The notes beneath the pieces were generated by a model that did no database searches, was not told where the DNA came from, and worked only from the letters and a program-made list of their open reading frames with translations. The position numbers were made by a program, and so were the translations under genes. Below are positions 1 through 8,472 of a stretch of 64,000 nt of DNA, piece by piece. The stretch comes from Verrucomicrobiota bacterium (GTDB lineage: Bacteria; Verrucomicrobiota; Verrucomicrobiia; Chthoniobacterales; Chthoniobacteraceae): positions 117,486 to 181,485 of the forward strand of contig JBAXNG010000005.1 of the NCBI GenBank assembly GCA_037133875.1. Direction: 5' to 3'. Numbering within the stretch: the first letter of the stretch is position 1; each line of letters starts with the position of its first letter.

Positions 1-438
1 AAATTTGGAGTGGGTGATAGCTGGGGTAGTTATACAACGCCGCTTGGACAATTACAGATCGCGGCTAAGATCGGTTCTCAAGCGCCGGAAGGTGCAGTTT
101 TTAAAGAGCGGCGTATGACGGGAGAAGTGTTGCCTCCTAATGCACCTGGACGTGATCCGATTGTGACACGTATTATGTGGTTGAGGGGACTGGAAGCGGG
201 GAATGCCAATTCTTTTAAAAGATGTATCTATATTCATGGAACACCTGAAGAGCGACTATTAGGCAGGCCGGTTAGTTGGGGATGTATTCGGATGCGTTCC
301 CGAGATGTTGTTAAAGTATTCGATGCGGTACCTGTGGGGACTCGGGTTGAAGTGATGGAAAAGACAGTCAGGCAGATTCTGCGGGATCAGGCTGACATGA
401 GTCGGCTCGCTCGAAATACAAGAAGCGATAACGATTAA
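1..438 (+). CDS. L,D-transpeptidase catalytic (YkuD) domain protein, 5'-truncated by window edge
   Basis: Frame +1 is open from base 1 (the ORF track begins at GTG 10). YkuD signature CIYIHGT...VSWGCIRM with the catalytic His/Cys. Stop at 436-438. Confidence 0.8.
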   Translation, partial: KFGVGDSWGSYTTPLGQLQIAAKIGSQAPEGAVFKERRMTGEVLPPNAPGRDPIVTRIMWLRGLEAGNANSFKRCIYIHGTPEERLLGRPVSWGCIRMRSRDVVKVFDAVPVGTRVEVMEKTVRQILRDQADMSRLARNTRSDND

Positions 439-534
439 TAGAGTGGCGAAGGTGCAGGCGGCGGGCGGGAGATTTGTTTTAGGAAACGCTGTTGACGCGG
501 GTGAGAAGCTGGATTGGTTAAGCCGTCACACCCC

Positions 535-2661
535 ATGAAGCGTATTTTTCAAGTGTCGGACGTATTTTTGCGTGTTTTTTTAGCAGGCAGCCTTTTGCTG
601 ACTCCTGTAGTGGCTCAGGCTAAAAAGGCGCCTGCCGCACGTGAAACACAGGTTAAAGTCTCGCCTTGGCCAGAAGTTGCAAGGGTGACAAGTGAGTTAC
701 TTGAGACCCAGCACTATTTGAAGAGGCCTATTGATAAGGCATTTTCGCGTAGGGTCTTTGATCGATATCTTGAGAATTTAGACCCTTCCAGATTGTATTT
801 TCTTCAAGCCGACGTGGACGCCTTTAAGGCCGCATATCGAGATAGTTTTGCCAGTGAATTGAAGGAGGGCAAACCAACCGGGGCTTTTGCGATTCGCGCG
901 CGGTTTACGGAGCGGGTGGTGCAATGTTCGCAGATGATTCAGGAGCTTTTGGCTGAGGAGTGGGATTTTAGTAAACCTTGGTCTGTGGAGTATTCGCGTG
1001 AACACTCGGCTTGGCCTCAGGACGATCTGGATGCCAGGCGTTTGTGGAAAGAGCAGATGGGGGCTGAGATGTTGGTGGAAATCTTAGACGGCGCTTCCTT
1101 AGCCGTTGCAAAGGATCGTTCTCAGAAACATCAGCAGCAGGCTTTGAAAGCGGCTGTCGAATGTGACGAGAAAGATCGCTGGGCTGTTGCCTTGCTTGCA
1201 ATGGCTCGAGCTTGCGATGCGCACTCGGATTATCTGACGCAGGAAGAGTTGGATGATGAGGAAAGCGAACTGCGGCTTACACGAGTCGGAATTGGGGTGA
1301 CGTTGGATGGGGGGCCGGTGGGGGTGCGGGTTGCAGGAGTATTACCTGGGGGACCGGCGCATCGGGACGGGCGCTTGAAGGTAAACGATCGGATTGTGGC
1401 GGTTGCAGAAGAGAAGGGGCCGTTTTTCGAGATTGAAGGCTTACCGCTGCGGAAAGCGCTTTCGTTGTTGCGTGGGCAAAAAGGGACAACCGTCAAACTG
1501 CAGGTGGCCCCGTCGAAGGCGACGGATCCTTCTCAGAGAATGGAGATCATCCTGAAACGCGATGAGATGCGCTCAAGTGAAGGCGAAGTGTACGGGAAGA
1601 TGATCGAGCGAAAATCGGATGCTGGCCCTATTCGCTTGGGCTGGATCAGTGTTCCGGGATTTTACGGTGACGATGGTGATGCCGTTGGGCGCCGTAAAGC
1701 TAGTGTGTCGAAGGATGTATCTATACTATTGGGGCGTTTCAAATCGGAACACGTGGCGGGTGTAGTGTTGGATTTGAGGGGGAATTTGGGCGGTTTATTG
1801 GATGAAGCGATCGAAATGGGGGGGCTTTTCCTTGGAAAGGTGCCGATTGCTTTGGCTCGGTCCCAAGCGGATGGGGTTGAGGTTCTGACTCCAACGAAAC
1901 TGAGACGTGCTCAATACGATGGGCCGCTTGTGGTGTTGACTGATCACAGTAGTGCGTCTGCTAGTGAGTTAGTGAGTGGCGCGATTCAGGACTACGGTAG
2001 AGGGGTTGTTGTGGGAGGGGAGCAGACGTTCGGTAAAGGTTCGGTCCAGATGACAGTTCAGTTGGGGGAGTATCTGAGTGGTAAAAACCGTCAGCCCATT
2101 GGTGGATTGGCGCTTACGATTGGGAAATTCTATCGCGTCAACGGTGCTGCCACGCAGTTGGTTGGGGTGCGCCCGGATGTGGTGCTGCCTTCCACTGCTG
2201 ACGTGCCCGGGGAAGGGGAAGCGGCTCTGATTGATCCTCTTCCACACGATTCGATTACTGCGATCATGTCCCCTAATCGTCCCCAGATTGACGCGACAGT
2301 TCTGAAAAATATCCGTAGCGAATCGCAGAAACGGGTGCGGGAATCGTTCGAATTTCAAGAGGTAACCCGAGAGCGGGATCGCATTCGAAAAGAAGTACAA
2401 GAGAACGTCGTCAGTTTGCAGGAGTCGTTGCGACGCAATGAGATTGAAGCTGCGCAGAAGCGTTATTCGGCGCGAGAAGCAAGAATGGAGGCCGATAAAC
2501 CACAGGCTCGATTCTATCGGGTGCTTTTAGAAGATACTAAACAGAAGAAACTCGTTTCATACGAGAGGGATCCTCTGGAAAGCCGGGATCCGGAATCTGT
2601 CGCGGTGGAGTGGGAGGCGATTCGTGTGCTGGAGGATTTGATCAAGCAACTGAGACGTTAA
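535..2661 (+). CDS. prc: Tail-specific / C-terminal processing protease (peptidase S41) with PDZ domain
   Basis: ORF 514-2661. ATG 535 gives a signal-like N-terminus, MKRIFQVSDVFLRVFLAGSLLLTPVVAQA. Prc-type N-terminal motif LDPSRLYFLQADVDAF. PDZ-like GIGVTLDGG...GPAHRDGRLKVNDRIVAV. S41 core VVLDLRGNLGG ... SASASE ... GEQTFGKGSVQ. Confidence 0.85.
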   Translation: MKRIFQVSDVFLRVFLAGSLLLTPVVAQAKKAPAARETQVKVSPWPEVARVTSELLETQHYLKRPIDKAFSRRVFDRYLENLDPSRLYFLQADVDAFKAAYRDSFASELKEGKPTGAFAIRARFTERVVQCSQMIQELLAEEWDFSKPWSVEYSREHSAWPQDDLDARRLWKEQMGAEMLVEILDGASLAVAKDRSQKHQQQALKAAVECDEKDRWAVALLAMARACDAHSDYLTQEELDDEESELRLTRVGIGVTLDGGPVGVRVAGVLPGGPAHRDGRLKVNDRIVAVAEEKGPFFEIEGLPLRKALSLLRGQKGTTVKLQVAPSKATDPSQRMEIILKRDEMRSSEGEVYGKMIERKSDAGPIRLGWISVPGFYGDDGDAVGRRKASVSKDVSILLGRFKSEHVAGVVLDLRGNLGGLLDEAIEMGGLFLGKVPIALARSQADGVEVLTPTKLRRAQYDGPLVVLTDHSSASASELVSGAIQDYGRGVVVGGEQTFGKGSVQMTVQLGEYLSGKNRQPIGGLALTIGKFYRVNGAATQLVGVRPDVVLPSTADVPGEGEAALIDPLPHDSITAIMSPNRPQIDATVLKNIRSESQKRVRESFEFQEVTRERDRIRKEVQENVVSLQESLRRNEIEAAQKRYSAREARMEADKPQARFYRVLLEDTKQKKLVSYERDPLESRDPESVAVEWEAIRVLEDLIKQLRR

Positions 2662-2702
2662 GGCGGATTGCGAACGGGGGCCTGGGGCGTTTATGGTCGG
2701 GG

Positions 2703-3191
2703 ATGTCCCTTAAGAAAGTCATGTCTCTGGAATTGTTGGTGGAAGAAGCTCATCGGCTGCGCCATGAGGGCCGTCGATTAGTGTTCACCAACGGTTGTTT
2801 TGATCTCTTACACGTGGGGCATGTGCGGTATTTGCAAGCTGCTCGCGAACGTGGCGATGCACTGGTTGTTGCGGTGAACGGAGATATTTCGGTGAAGGCG
2901 CTTAAAGGCCCGGATAGGCCGATTAACGCAGAGAATGATCGGGCGGAAGTGTTGGCCGCACTCGGGTGTGTTGATTATGTCACTTTGTTTCACACCCCAC
3001 GGGTTACGGATGTCATTCGGGCGGTTCGACCTGCATTGTACGTGAAGGGAGGGGATTACACTGTCGATTCCTTGGATCCGGAGGAACGGGGAGCACTAAA
3101 GGAAGTGGGCGCAGACGTTGAGATTTTAGCGCTGGTGCCCGGGAAGAGTACGACGGCGGTGATTCACAAGATGAGCGGGGCGAGCCTCTAA
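2703..3191 (+). CDS. hldC: D-beta-D-heptose 1-phosphate adenylyltransferase (RfaE domain II-like cytidylyltransferase)
   Basis: ORF 2610-3191. ATG 2703 was chosen because the upstream part overlaps the prc 3' end. Motifs FTNGCFDLLHVGHVRYL, RPINAENDRAEVLAAL and YVKGGDY. Confidence 0.8.
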   Translation: MSLKKVMSLELLVEEAHRLRHEGRRLVFTNGCFDLLHVGHVRYLQAARERGDALVVAVNGDISVKALKGPDRPINAENDRAEVLAALGCVDYVTLFHTPRVTDVIRAVRPALYVKGGDYTVDSLDPEERGALKEVGADVEILALVPGKSTTAVIHKMSGASL

Positions 3192-3206
3192 AAGGAGAGT
3201 GGGATT

Positions 3207-3797
3207 ATGAAAAAGCTTCGAATTGGAGTTTTGGGTTCAGGCAAAGGGTCGAATTTTAAAGCAATCGCGGCGGCCATAGAGGCGGGCCAGATTGCGGCTG
3301 AAGTCGCGTTAGTGGTTTCAGATATGTCGGACGCGGGGATTTTGGATTTTGCTAAGGAGCGTGGGATTGACGCGAGAGCGCTGCCGGCGTCGAAATTTAA
3401 AACGAAATTGGAGCCGGAAATAGAGTCGCTCCTAGTGAGCTGGCTCAAGGAGGCGAGAGTCGAACTCGTGGTTCTTGCCGGTTATATGCGGATGATAAAG
3501 GCGCCATTGTTGGAGGCGTTTCCGAGTCGGATCGTTAATATTCATCCGTCGCTATTGCCTAATTTTCCAGGCTTGGCGGCGTGGAAGCAGGCATTGGACG
3601 CAGGCGCGGACGAGACCGGCTGCACCATTCACTGGGTGGATGAAGGTATGGACACAGGGGCGGTGATTGCCCAGCAAAAGGTGCCCGTATTGAGTGACGA
3701 CACGGCGGAAACGTTACACGCAAGAATCCAGGTGGCAGAACACGAGCTCTATCCCGCAGTTCTGGCAAAATTGGCGGCCTCGTTGGGCGCTCAATAG
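3207..3797 (+). CDS. purN: Phosphoribosylglycinamide formyltransferase
   Basis: GVLGSGKGSNFKAI, VNIHPSLLPNFPG, GCTIHWVDEGMDTG. An AAGGAG Shine-Dalgarno sequence lies just upstream of the ATG. Confidence 0.9.
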   Translation: MKKLRIGVLGSGKGSNFKAIAAAIEAGQIAAEVALVVSDMSDAGILDFAKERGIDARALPASKFKTKLEPEIESLLVSWLKEARVELVVLAGYMRMIKAPLLEAFPSRIVNIHPSLLPNFPGLAAWKQALDAGADETGCTIHWVDEGMDTGAVIAQQKVPVLSDDTAETLHARIQVAEHELYPAVLAKLAASLGAQ

Positions 3798-3945
3798 AGG
3801 AGCTCGGTTCTTGGGGACGAGAGAGCCTTATCGCAAAATCGAGGCAACTCCAGCTGCGTTGCTGAGGGCCAACCCGAGGTGGTGTCGGATGATGTACCAA
3901 ATCGCAACTGCGACGAGCAGTGTCAGCAGTTTGGTTTTCCAGTGA

Positions 3946-4731
3946 TTACTCGGGAGTATCTTCATTGCCGGAAGTGGAAAGGAGTTCGGCGAGTCTCGAC
4001 TTGAATGACTTGGGGTCGAAATCCCTTTCGAGGGTGCCGTTGTGGCAGATGGATACCACGCCGGTTTCTTCGCTTACGACGATGATAATGGAGTCGGATT
4101 CTTCGCTCAACCCCAGAGCTGCACGGTGGCGGAGTCCCAGATTGCGGTCTAGATCGATGCGTTGGGTGATCGGGAAAATGCAGGCACCGGAGACGAGGCG
4201 TTCACCTTTCAAAATGAGCCCGCCATCGTGAAGCGGTGTTTTGGGGTGAAAAATCGAAACCACTAATTCACTACTTAAGTGACTGTCGAGTGAGACGCCG
4301 CTTTCCGCCCAAGCATCCAACGGGATGTCGCGTTCGATAGCAATGAGGGCGCCGAGTTGGCGGTTGGCGAGGTCAAAGGTCAGTTCACCCAAGATCTCGA
4401 TGGTTTCGCGATTTTGGTGGCCGAGCGAAAAGAGCCGGTTGTTACCGAGAAGAACGGCGGCCCGGCGAAGCTCTGGTTGGAAAATCACAACCAATGCGAA
4501 TAGCGCGAAGGTAGCGACGTTCCGTATCAACCAGTCCAGCACTGGAAGATGCAGGGCTTCCGAGACAATCAGGATGCCCACAACCGCCAGAACGACACCG
4601 CTCACGATTCGGATACCGCGTGTTTCTCGAAGGTGGATCCAGACGGAATGTACGATTAGCCAAAGAAGCACGATTTCAACTGCATCGCGCCAATGTTTTG
4701 TGAGGAATAAAAGAAGCTCGGAGGATGTCAT
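3946..4731 (-). CDS. cdaA: Diadenylate cyclase (c-di-AMP synthase), membrane-anchored CdaA type
   Basis: ORF 3946-4854. ATG at 4731 was chosen; it overlaps the folP stop as ATGA. Hydrophobic N-terminal helices are followed by a DAC domain: GALIAIERD, TPLHDGGLIL, GLRHRAALGLSE, IIVVSEETG. Confidence 0.85.
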   Translation of the reverse strand: MTSSELLLFLTKHWRDAVEIVLLWLIVHSVWIHLRETRGIRIVSGVVLAVVGILIVSEALHLPVLDWLIRNVATFALFALVVIFQPELRRAAVLLGNNRLFSLGHQNRETIEILGELTFDLANRQLGALIAIERDIPLDAWAESGVSLDSHLSSELVVSIFHPKTPLHDGGLILKGERLVSGACIFPITQRIDLDRNLGLRHRAALGLSEESDSIIIVVSEETGVVSICHNGTLERDFDPKSFKSRLAELLSTSGNEDTPE

Positions 4732-5567
4732 GCGGCCCCTTCTAAGATGGCTTCTGTCATGCGAGTCGCCTGCATGTTTGCGAGTACTTCGTGAACGCGA
4801 AGGACTGCGACGCCAAAATTGCGTGCGTAACTGGAGAGGGCAACAGTGGGCCAACTGCGGTCTTCGAGGCCAATGGCGCCGGTGAGTTTAGCGAGAAACG
4901 ACTTTCTGGAGACGCCTAGCGCGAGGGGTCTGCCTGTGTTTCCAAGTTCGTGAAGATGTTTTAAAATTAGGGTGTTGTGCTCGACGGTTTTCCCAAAGCC
5001 TATGCCGGGATCAAACAATAACTGTTCTGCTGGGATTCCTTCAGCTTGGCAGAGCTTTAGTGTCTTGGAAAAAAACGAACAGATTTCCTGAACTACGTTT
5101 TGGTAGCAGGGAGCAGCTTGCATGTCGGCTGGAGAGCCTTGCATGTGCATGGCGATCGCCCCCGCTCGCGTGGTTCGGATCAACGCACGCATTTCAGGGT
5201 CTTGCAGGCCACTGATGTCATTCACAATAGAGGCGCCGGCTTTCAGCGCTTCGCGAGCGACGGATACTTTGCGGGTATCGATAGAAATGAGGGCGGTTGT
5301 TTTTTGCGCGAGAGCCTCGATGACTGGAATAACTCTGCGCAATTCCTCCGCTTCGGAAACGGGCTCTGCTCCTGGGCGGGTAGACTCTCCGCCAACATCC
5401 AAAATGGCGGCGCCTTCAGCCTGCATTTGAAGTCCGTGTGCAATGGCTCGATCTTGCTCAATCCATGCACCGCCGTCTGAAAACGAGTCGGGAGTGAGAT
5501 TCAACACGCCCATAATCAGGGCGCGGTGACTCAAATCTATTGTACAACTCGATACATTCCAAAACAT
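4728..5567 (-). CDS. folP: Dihydropteroate synthase
   Basis: IMGVLNLTPDSFSDGG, ILDVGGESTRPGAEPV, ISIDT, VNDISG, DPGIGFGK. Confidence 0.9.
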   Translation of the reverse strand: MFWNVSSCTIDLSHRALIMGVLNLTPDSFSDGGAWIEQDRAIAHGLQMQAEGAAILDVGGESTRPGAEPVSEAEELRRVIPVIEALAQKTTALISIDTRKVSVAREALKAGASIVNDISGLQDPEMRALIRTTRAGAIAMHMQGSPADMQAAPCYQNVVQEICSFFSKTLKLCQAEGIPAEQLLFDPGIGFGKTVEHNTLILKHLHELGNTGRPLALGVSRKSFLAKLTGAIGLEDRSWPTVALSSYARNFGVAVLRVHEVLANMQATRMTEAILEGAA

Positions 5568-5651
5568 GGGAGGAGGGGCGGGTATCAGCGCAAATGTTCA
5601 CACCCGTGTGAGCCGTTGCGGTGAGGCCAGTTAGTGTTTATCTCATGGAGC

Positions 5652-6458
5652 ATGCAGACGGCAACCTCAGGGGTAAAATCTCCGCTAAATTCCCGAATTC
5701 AGAGCGATAACCCGTACGAGAGTGAGAAACTTCTCAATGAGTATCTCCTTTTTCATTACGGAAGTGACGAGGAGGTATTGCCTTATCCTTGGGGGCCGAG
5801 AGATGCGTTGGGCTACCCAATCCGTTGTGTGAGGGAGTGCGTGGATGCTGTTCGTGCGGAGGGTGGCAGGGCGCTGGATCTGGGGTGTGCGGTGGGGCGC
5901 TCCAGCTTTGAGTTGACGAAAATTTGTGGCGAGGTGATCGGCATCGACTATTCGGAGAGCTTTGTAGGAGCTGCTGAAGTGATCCGTACTCGTGGGAGGC
6001 TTGATTACTCGCGTCTGGATGAGGGGCAGTTGACTACGCCGCTGGAGGCTCGGTTGCCGGCAGGCGTGCAGGCCGAGCGGGTTCGGTTTGAGCAGGGGGA
6101 TGCTATGGATTTGCGCGCTGATCTGGGGAGTTTCGACGTGGTGTTGATGGCAAACTTGATCGATCGGCTTTCGTCACCGGTGCGTTGTTTAGCGCGTTTG
6201 CCGGAGTTGGTTCGTCCCGGCGGACAGCTCGTGGTGACATCGCCGTATACGTGGATGAGTGAATACACACCGGTGGAGGAGTGGATTGGCGGGGTTGAGC
6301 GGGCGTCGGTACGGTGCGGGACGTTGGATGGATTGACGGCGGCTTTGAGTGGTGCGTTTGAGCGGGTGGCGGTGAAGGAGTTGCCATTTTTGATTCGCGA
6401 ACATGCGCGTAAGTTTCAGTGGAGCGTTGCGCAGGCTTCGATCTGGAGGCGGAAATAA
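5652..6458 (+). CDS. Class I SAM-dependent methyltransferase resembling the stand-alone OvoA C-terminal (putative 4-mercaptohistidine N1-methyltransferase) domain
   Basis: ORF 5634-6458, ATG at 5652. SAM motif I ALDLGCAVGRSSFEL. The N-terminal NPYESEKLLNEYLLFHYG block is recalled from that family, not searched. Confidence 0.6.
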   Translation: MQTATSGVKSPLNSRIQSDNPYESEKLLNEYLLFHYGSDEEVLPYPWGPRDALGYPIRCVRECVDAVRAEGGRALDLGCAVGRSSFELTKICGEVIGIDYSESFVGAAEVIRTRGRLDYSRLDEGQLTTPLEARLPAGVQAERVRFEQGDAMDLRADLGSFDVVLMANLIDRLSSPVRCLARLPELVRPGGQLVVTSPYTWMSEYTPVEEWIGGVERASVRCGTLDGLTAALSGAFERVAVKELPFLIREHARKFQWSVAQASIWRRK

Positions 6459-6459
6459 T

Positions 6460-7044
6460 ATGGACTGGGAAGCTGCTTATCAGATTGGTGAGACGCCTTG
6501 GGACAAAGGTGCTGGGGCGCCCGAGTTGGCATTTGTGTTGGCAGACGGCTTGCTGAACGGGCGTGTGCTGGTGCCCGGATGCGGGCTCGGTCACGATGCC
6601 CGTTTGATCGCTGCGGGTGGAGCGACGGAGGTAGTCGGTTTGGATATTGCACCGAGCGCAGTGGAGGCAGCGTGCGCGCTTGGGGTGGGCGAAAATTTGC
6701 GTTTTGAACAGGGCGATTTGTTTGCCCTACCGGAGCGCTTGAAGGGCTATTTTAGCTGGGTTTGGGAGCATACGTGCTTTTGTGCAATCGATCCGAGCCT
6801 GCGAATTTCGTATGTGAATGCGATTGGTGAAGCGTTGCAGCTTGGAGGTTATTTGGTCGCGATTTTCTACCTGAATCCGCGGGACGATGACGATCGGAGC
6901 GGGCCGCCGTTTGGCGTCACGAAAGAGGAGTTGGATCACCACTTTGGAGAGAGGTTTGAGTTGGTTCGAGAATGGGCACCGCGAGGGAGTTATCCGGGAC
7001 GGGAGGGGCGCGAATGGTGCCGCCTTTTGAGGCGCGTCAAGTAA
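6460..7044 (+). CDS. TPMT-family (thiopurine / halide-thiol) S-adenosylmethionine methyltransferase
   Basis: ATG 6460 lies 1 nt after the preceding stop. WEAAYQIGETPWDKG, VLVPGCGLGHDA, WVWEHTCFCAI, GGYLVAIFY. Confidence 0.7.
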   Translation: MDWEAAYQIGETPWDKGAGAPELAFVLADGLLNGRVLVPGCGLGHDARLIAAGGATEVVGLDIAPSAVEAACALGVGENLRFEQGDLFALPERLKGYFSWVWEHTCFCAIDPSLRISYVNAIGEALQLGGYLVAIFYLNPRDDDDRSGPPFGVTKEELDHHFGERFELVREWAPRGSYPGREGREWCRLLRRVK

Positions 7045-7226
7045 CCTGTTTGACGTGAGCGGAAAACTCGTGTAGAAGGACCGCGACGATGATTCGCATT
7101 TCCACCAACGCAGTGAAACCTCAAGCATGGAGCGTTTGCCTCATGCATGCGCGTTTTGCTGTCTGGGCTCAGGCCCAGAGCGGTGGAGTGCGGTTCTGAT
7201 TTTGATTCCAAAATCTGTCACCACAA

Positions 7227-7259
7227 CCCACCGCTTCCAAAGGCGGTGGGCTTTTTGTT
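7227..7259 (+). terminator. Rho-independent terminator (8-bp GC stem, 8-nt loop, T5 tract)
   Basis: cccaccgc (7227-7234) pairs with gcggtggg (7243-7250), followed by cTTTTTgtt. It lies ~185 nt downstream of the nearest upstream stop codon. Confidence 0.7.
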
Positions 7260-7295
7260 CCCGCCTTTGGCTCGCGGAAAACCAACCCGAGCTAA

Positions 7296-7481
7296 ATGAA
7301 AAACAAAACGATTGGATTTAATAACGTACCGGCAGCCCGTTCGCTCGCCCACAAGCTTCAGATCATCGCAACGCTGAGCCGTGCGTATTTGGATGCTGGG
7401 CTCCCGTTCGAGGCCGCCGTGAAATCGGCCGTTGCCGATTACGAATGTTGCACCTGTACCTCATCCGTTTTACCAACATGA
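7296..7481 (+). CDS. Hypothetical small protein (61 aa), possibly translationally coupled to the downstream EamA transporter
   Basis: ATG-initiated ORF. Its TGA (7479-7481) overlaps the ATG (7478-7480) of the transporter gene as ATGA. The sequence is not low-complexity, but no clear SD is present and no homology was recognised. Confidence 0.3.
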   Translation: MKNKTIGFNNVPAARSLAHKLQIIATLSRAYLDAGLPFEAAVKSAVADYECCTCTSSVLPT

Positions 7482-8446
7482 GTTCCTCAACTGCTCTCGT
7501 GTTGGCTCCGGATATTTCGGAGAGGGGTGTGGTAAAAGTGGGACCCGCCAGATGGTTGGTGCTAGCTGCATTTGCGGCAGTCTATGTGATCTGGGGTTCT
7601 ACCTACTTGGGGATTCGTTTGGCGATCGACTCGATACCGCCATTCCTTATGGCAGGTGCACGGTTCCTCATTGCTGGGCTGATTTTGTATGCAGTGATGA
7701 TTGCTCGTGGGGTTTCTCGACCCACGATTGTGCATTGGAAAAATGCGTTTGTCGTTGGAGCTCTGTTGTTGCTGGCTGGGAACGGTGGGATGACTTGGGC
7801 TACGCAATTTGTGCCGACAAACCTCGCGGCCCTTATGATTGCAGGGACTCCACTGTGGATTCTCGTGATTGACTGGATGCGTCCGAATGGAACGCGGCCT
7901 AAAAACCTAGTGTTTGTTGGCCTAGCGCTGGGATTGACTGGAGTTGGCGTGATGGTCGCAGGAAAAAGTCCGAGTGGTACTGGTGTTGTAAAGCCCGTTG
8001 CGACGATCGTGATCCTTCTCTCGTCTGTTTGTTGGGCGGCTGGGTCTGTGTATTCCAGACACGCAAGAAAGCCGGATTCCGCTCTGCTTTTTGTGGCGAT
8101 GCAAATGATCGCTGGAGGGCTTTTGCTGTTGGTCCTAGGAAGTAGGCTCGGCGAACTGCAGCGGTTTGATTGGGGCAAGGTAACGGCTGTTTCGATGGTC
8201 GCCTTTTTCTATCTTACGATTTTTGGGTCGCTTGTGGGATTCACGGCGTATGTGTGGCTTTTACAGGTCAGTACACCGGCGAAGGTTTCGACGTACGCTT
8301 ATGTAAATCCAATGATTGCTCTGGTGTTGGGGCGAGTGGTCCTAGGTGAGGTGCTTGCTCAGAGCACCCTGATCGCGGGGATGCTTATTCTCGCAGCTGT
8401 CGTTTTGTGTACCCTAAGCAGTGGGCGCAAGCCAGAGGCAGAATGA
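7478..8446 (+). CDS. EamA/DMT-superfamily transporter (10-TM drug/metabolite exporter type)
   Basis: ORF 7445-8446, ATG at 7478. Two EamA-like halves, repeated hydrophobic helices, and AAFAAVYVIWGSTYLGIRLAIDSIPPFLMAGARFLIAG. Confidence 0.85.
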   Translation: MSSSTALVLAPDISERGVVKVGPARWLVLAAFAAVYVIWGSTYLGIRLAIDSIPPFLMAGARFLIAGLILYAVMIARGVSRPTIVHWKNAFVVGALLLLAGNGGMTWATQFVPTNLAALMIAGTPLWILVIDWMRPNGTRPKNLVFVGLALGLTGVGVMVAGKSPSGTGVVKPVATIVILLSSVCWAAGSVYSRHARKPDSALLFVAMQMIAGGLLLLVLGSRLGELQRFDWGKVTAVSMVAFFYLTIFGSLVGFTAYVWLLQVSTPAKVSTYAYVNPMIALVLGRVVLGEVLAQSTLIAGMLILAAVVLCTLSSGRKPEAE

Positions 8447-8472
8447 TTAATGCGAATCCAGAGGGGCGGACG

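Noticed and set aside
3798-3945. ORFs 3694-3945(+), 3559-3900(-) and 3920-4231(+) in and around the purN/cdaA convergent gap
   Set aside because: They overlap the ends of well-supported genes, have an Arg/Ser/Trp-rich composition and show no motifs. They are treated as non-coding.
7432-7872. 146-aa ORF in an alternative frame at the 5' end of the EamA gene
   Set aside because: It overlaps the EamA reading frame, which shows the expected hydrophobic helix pattern. Its translation is Cys/Gly/Trp-rich with no recognisable fold.
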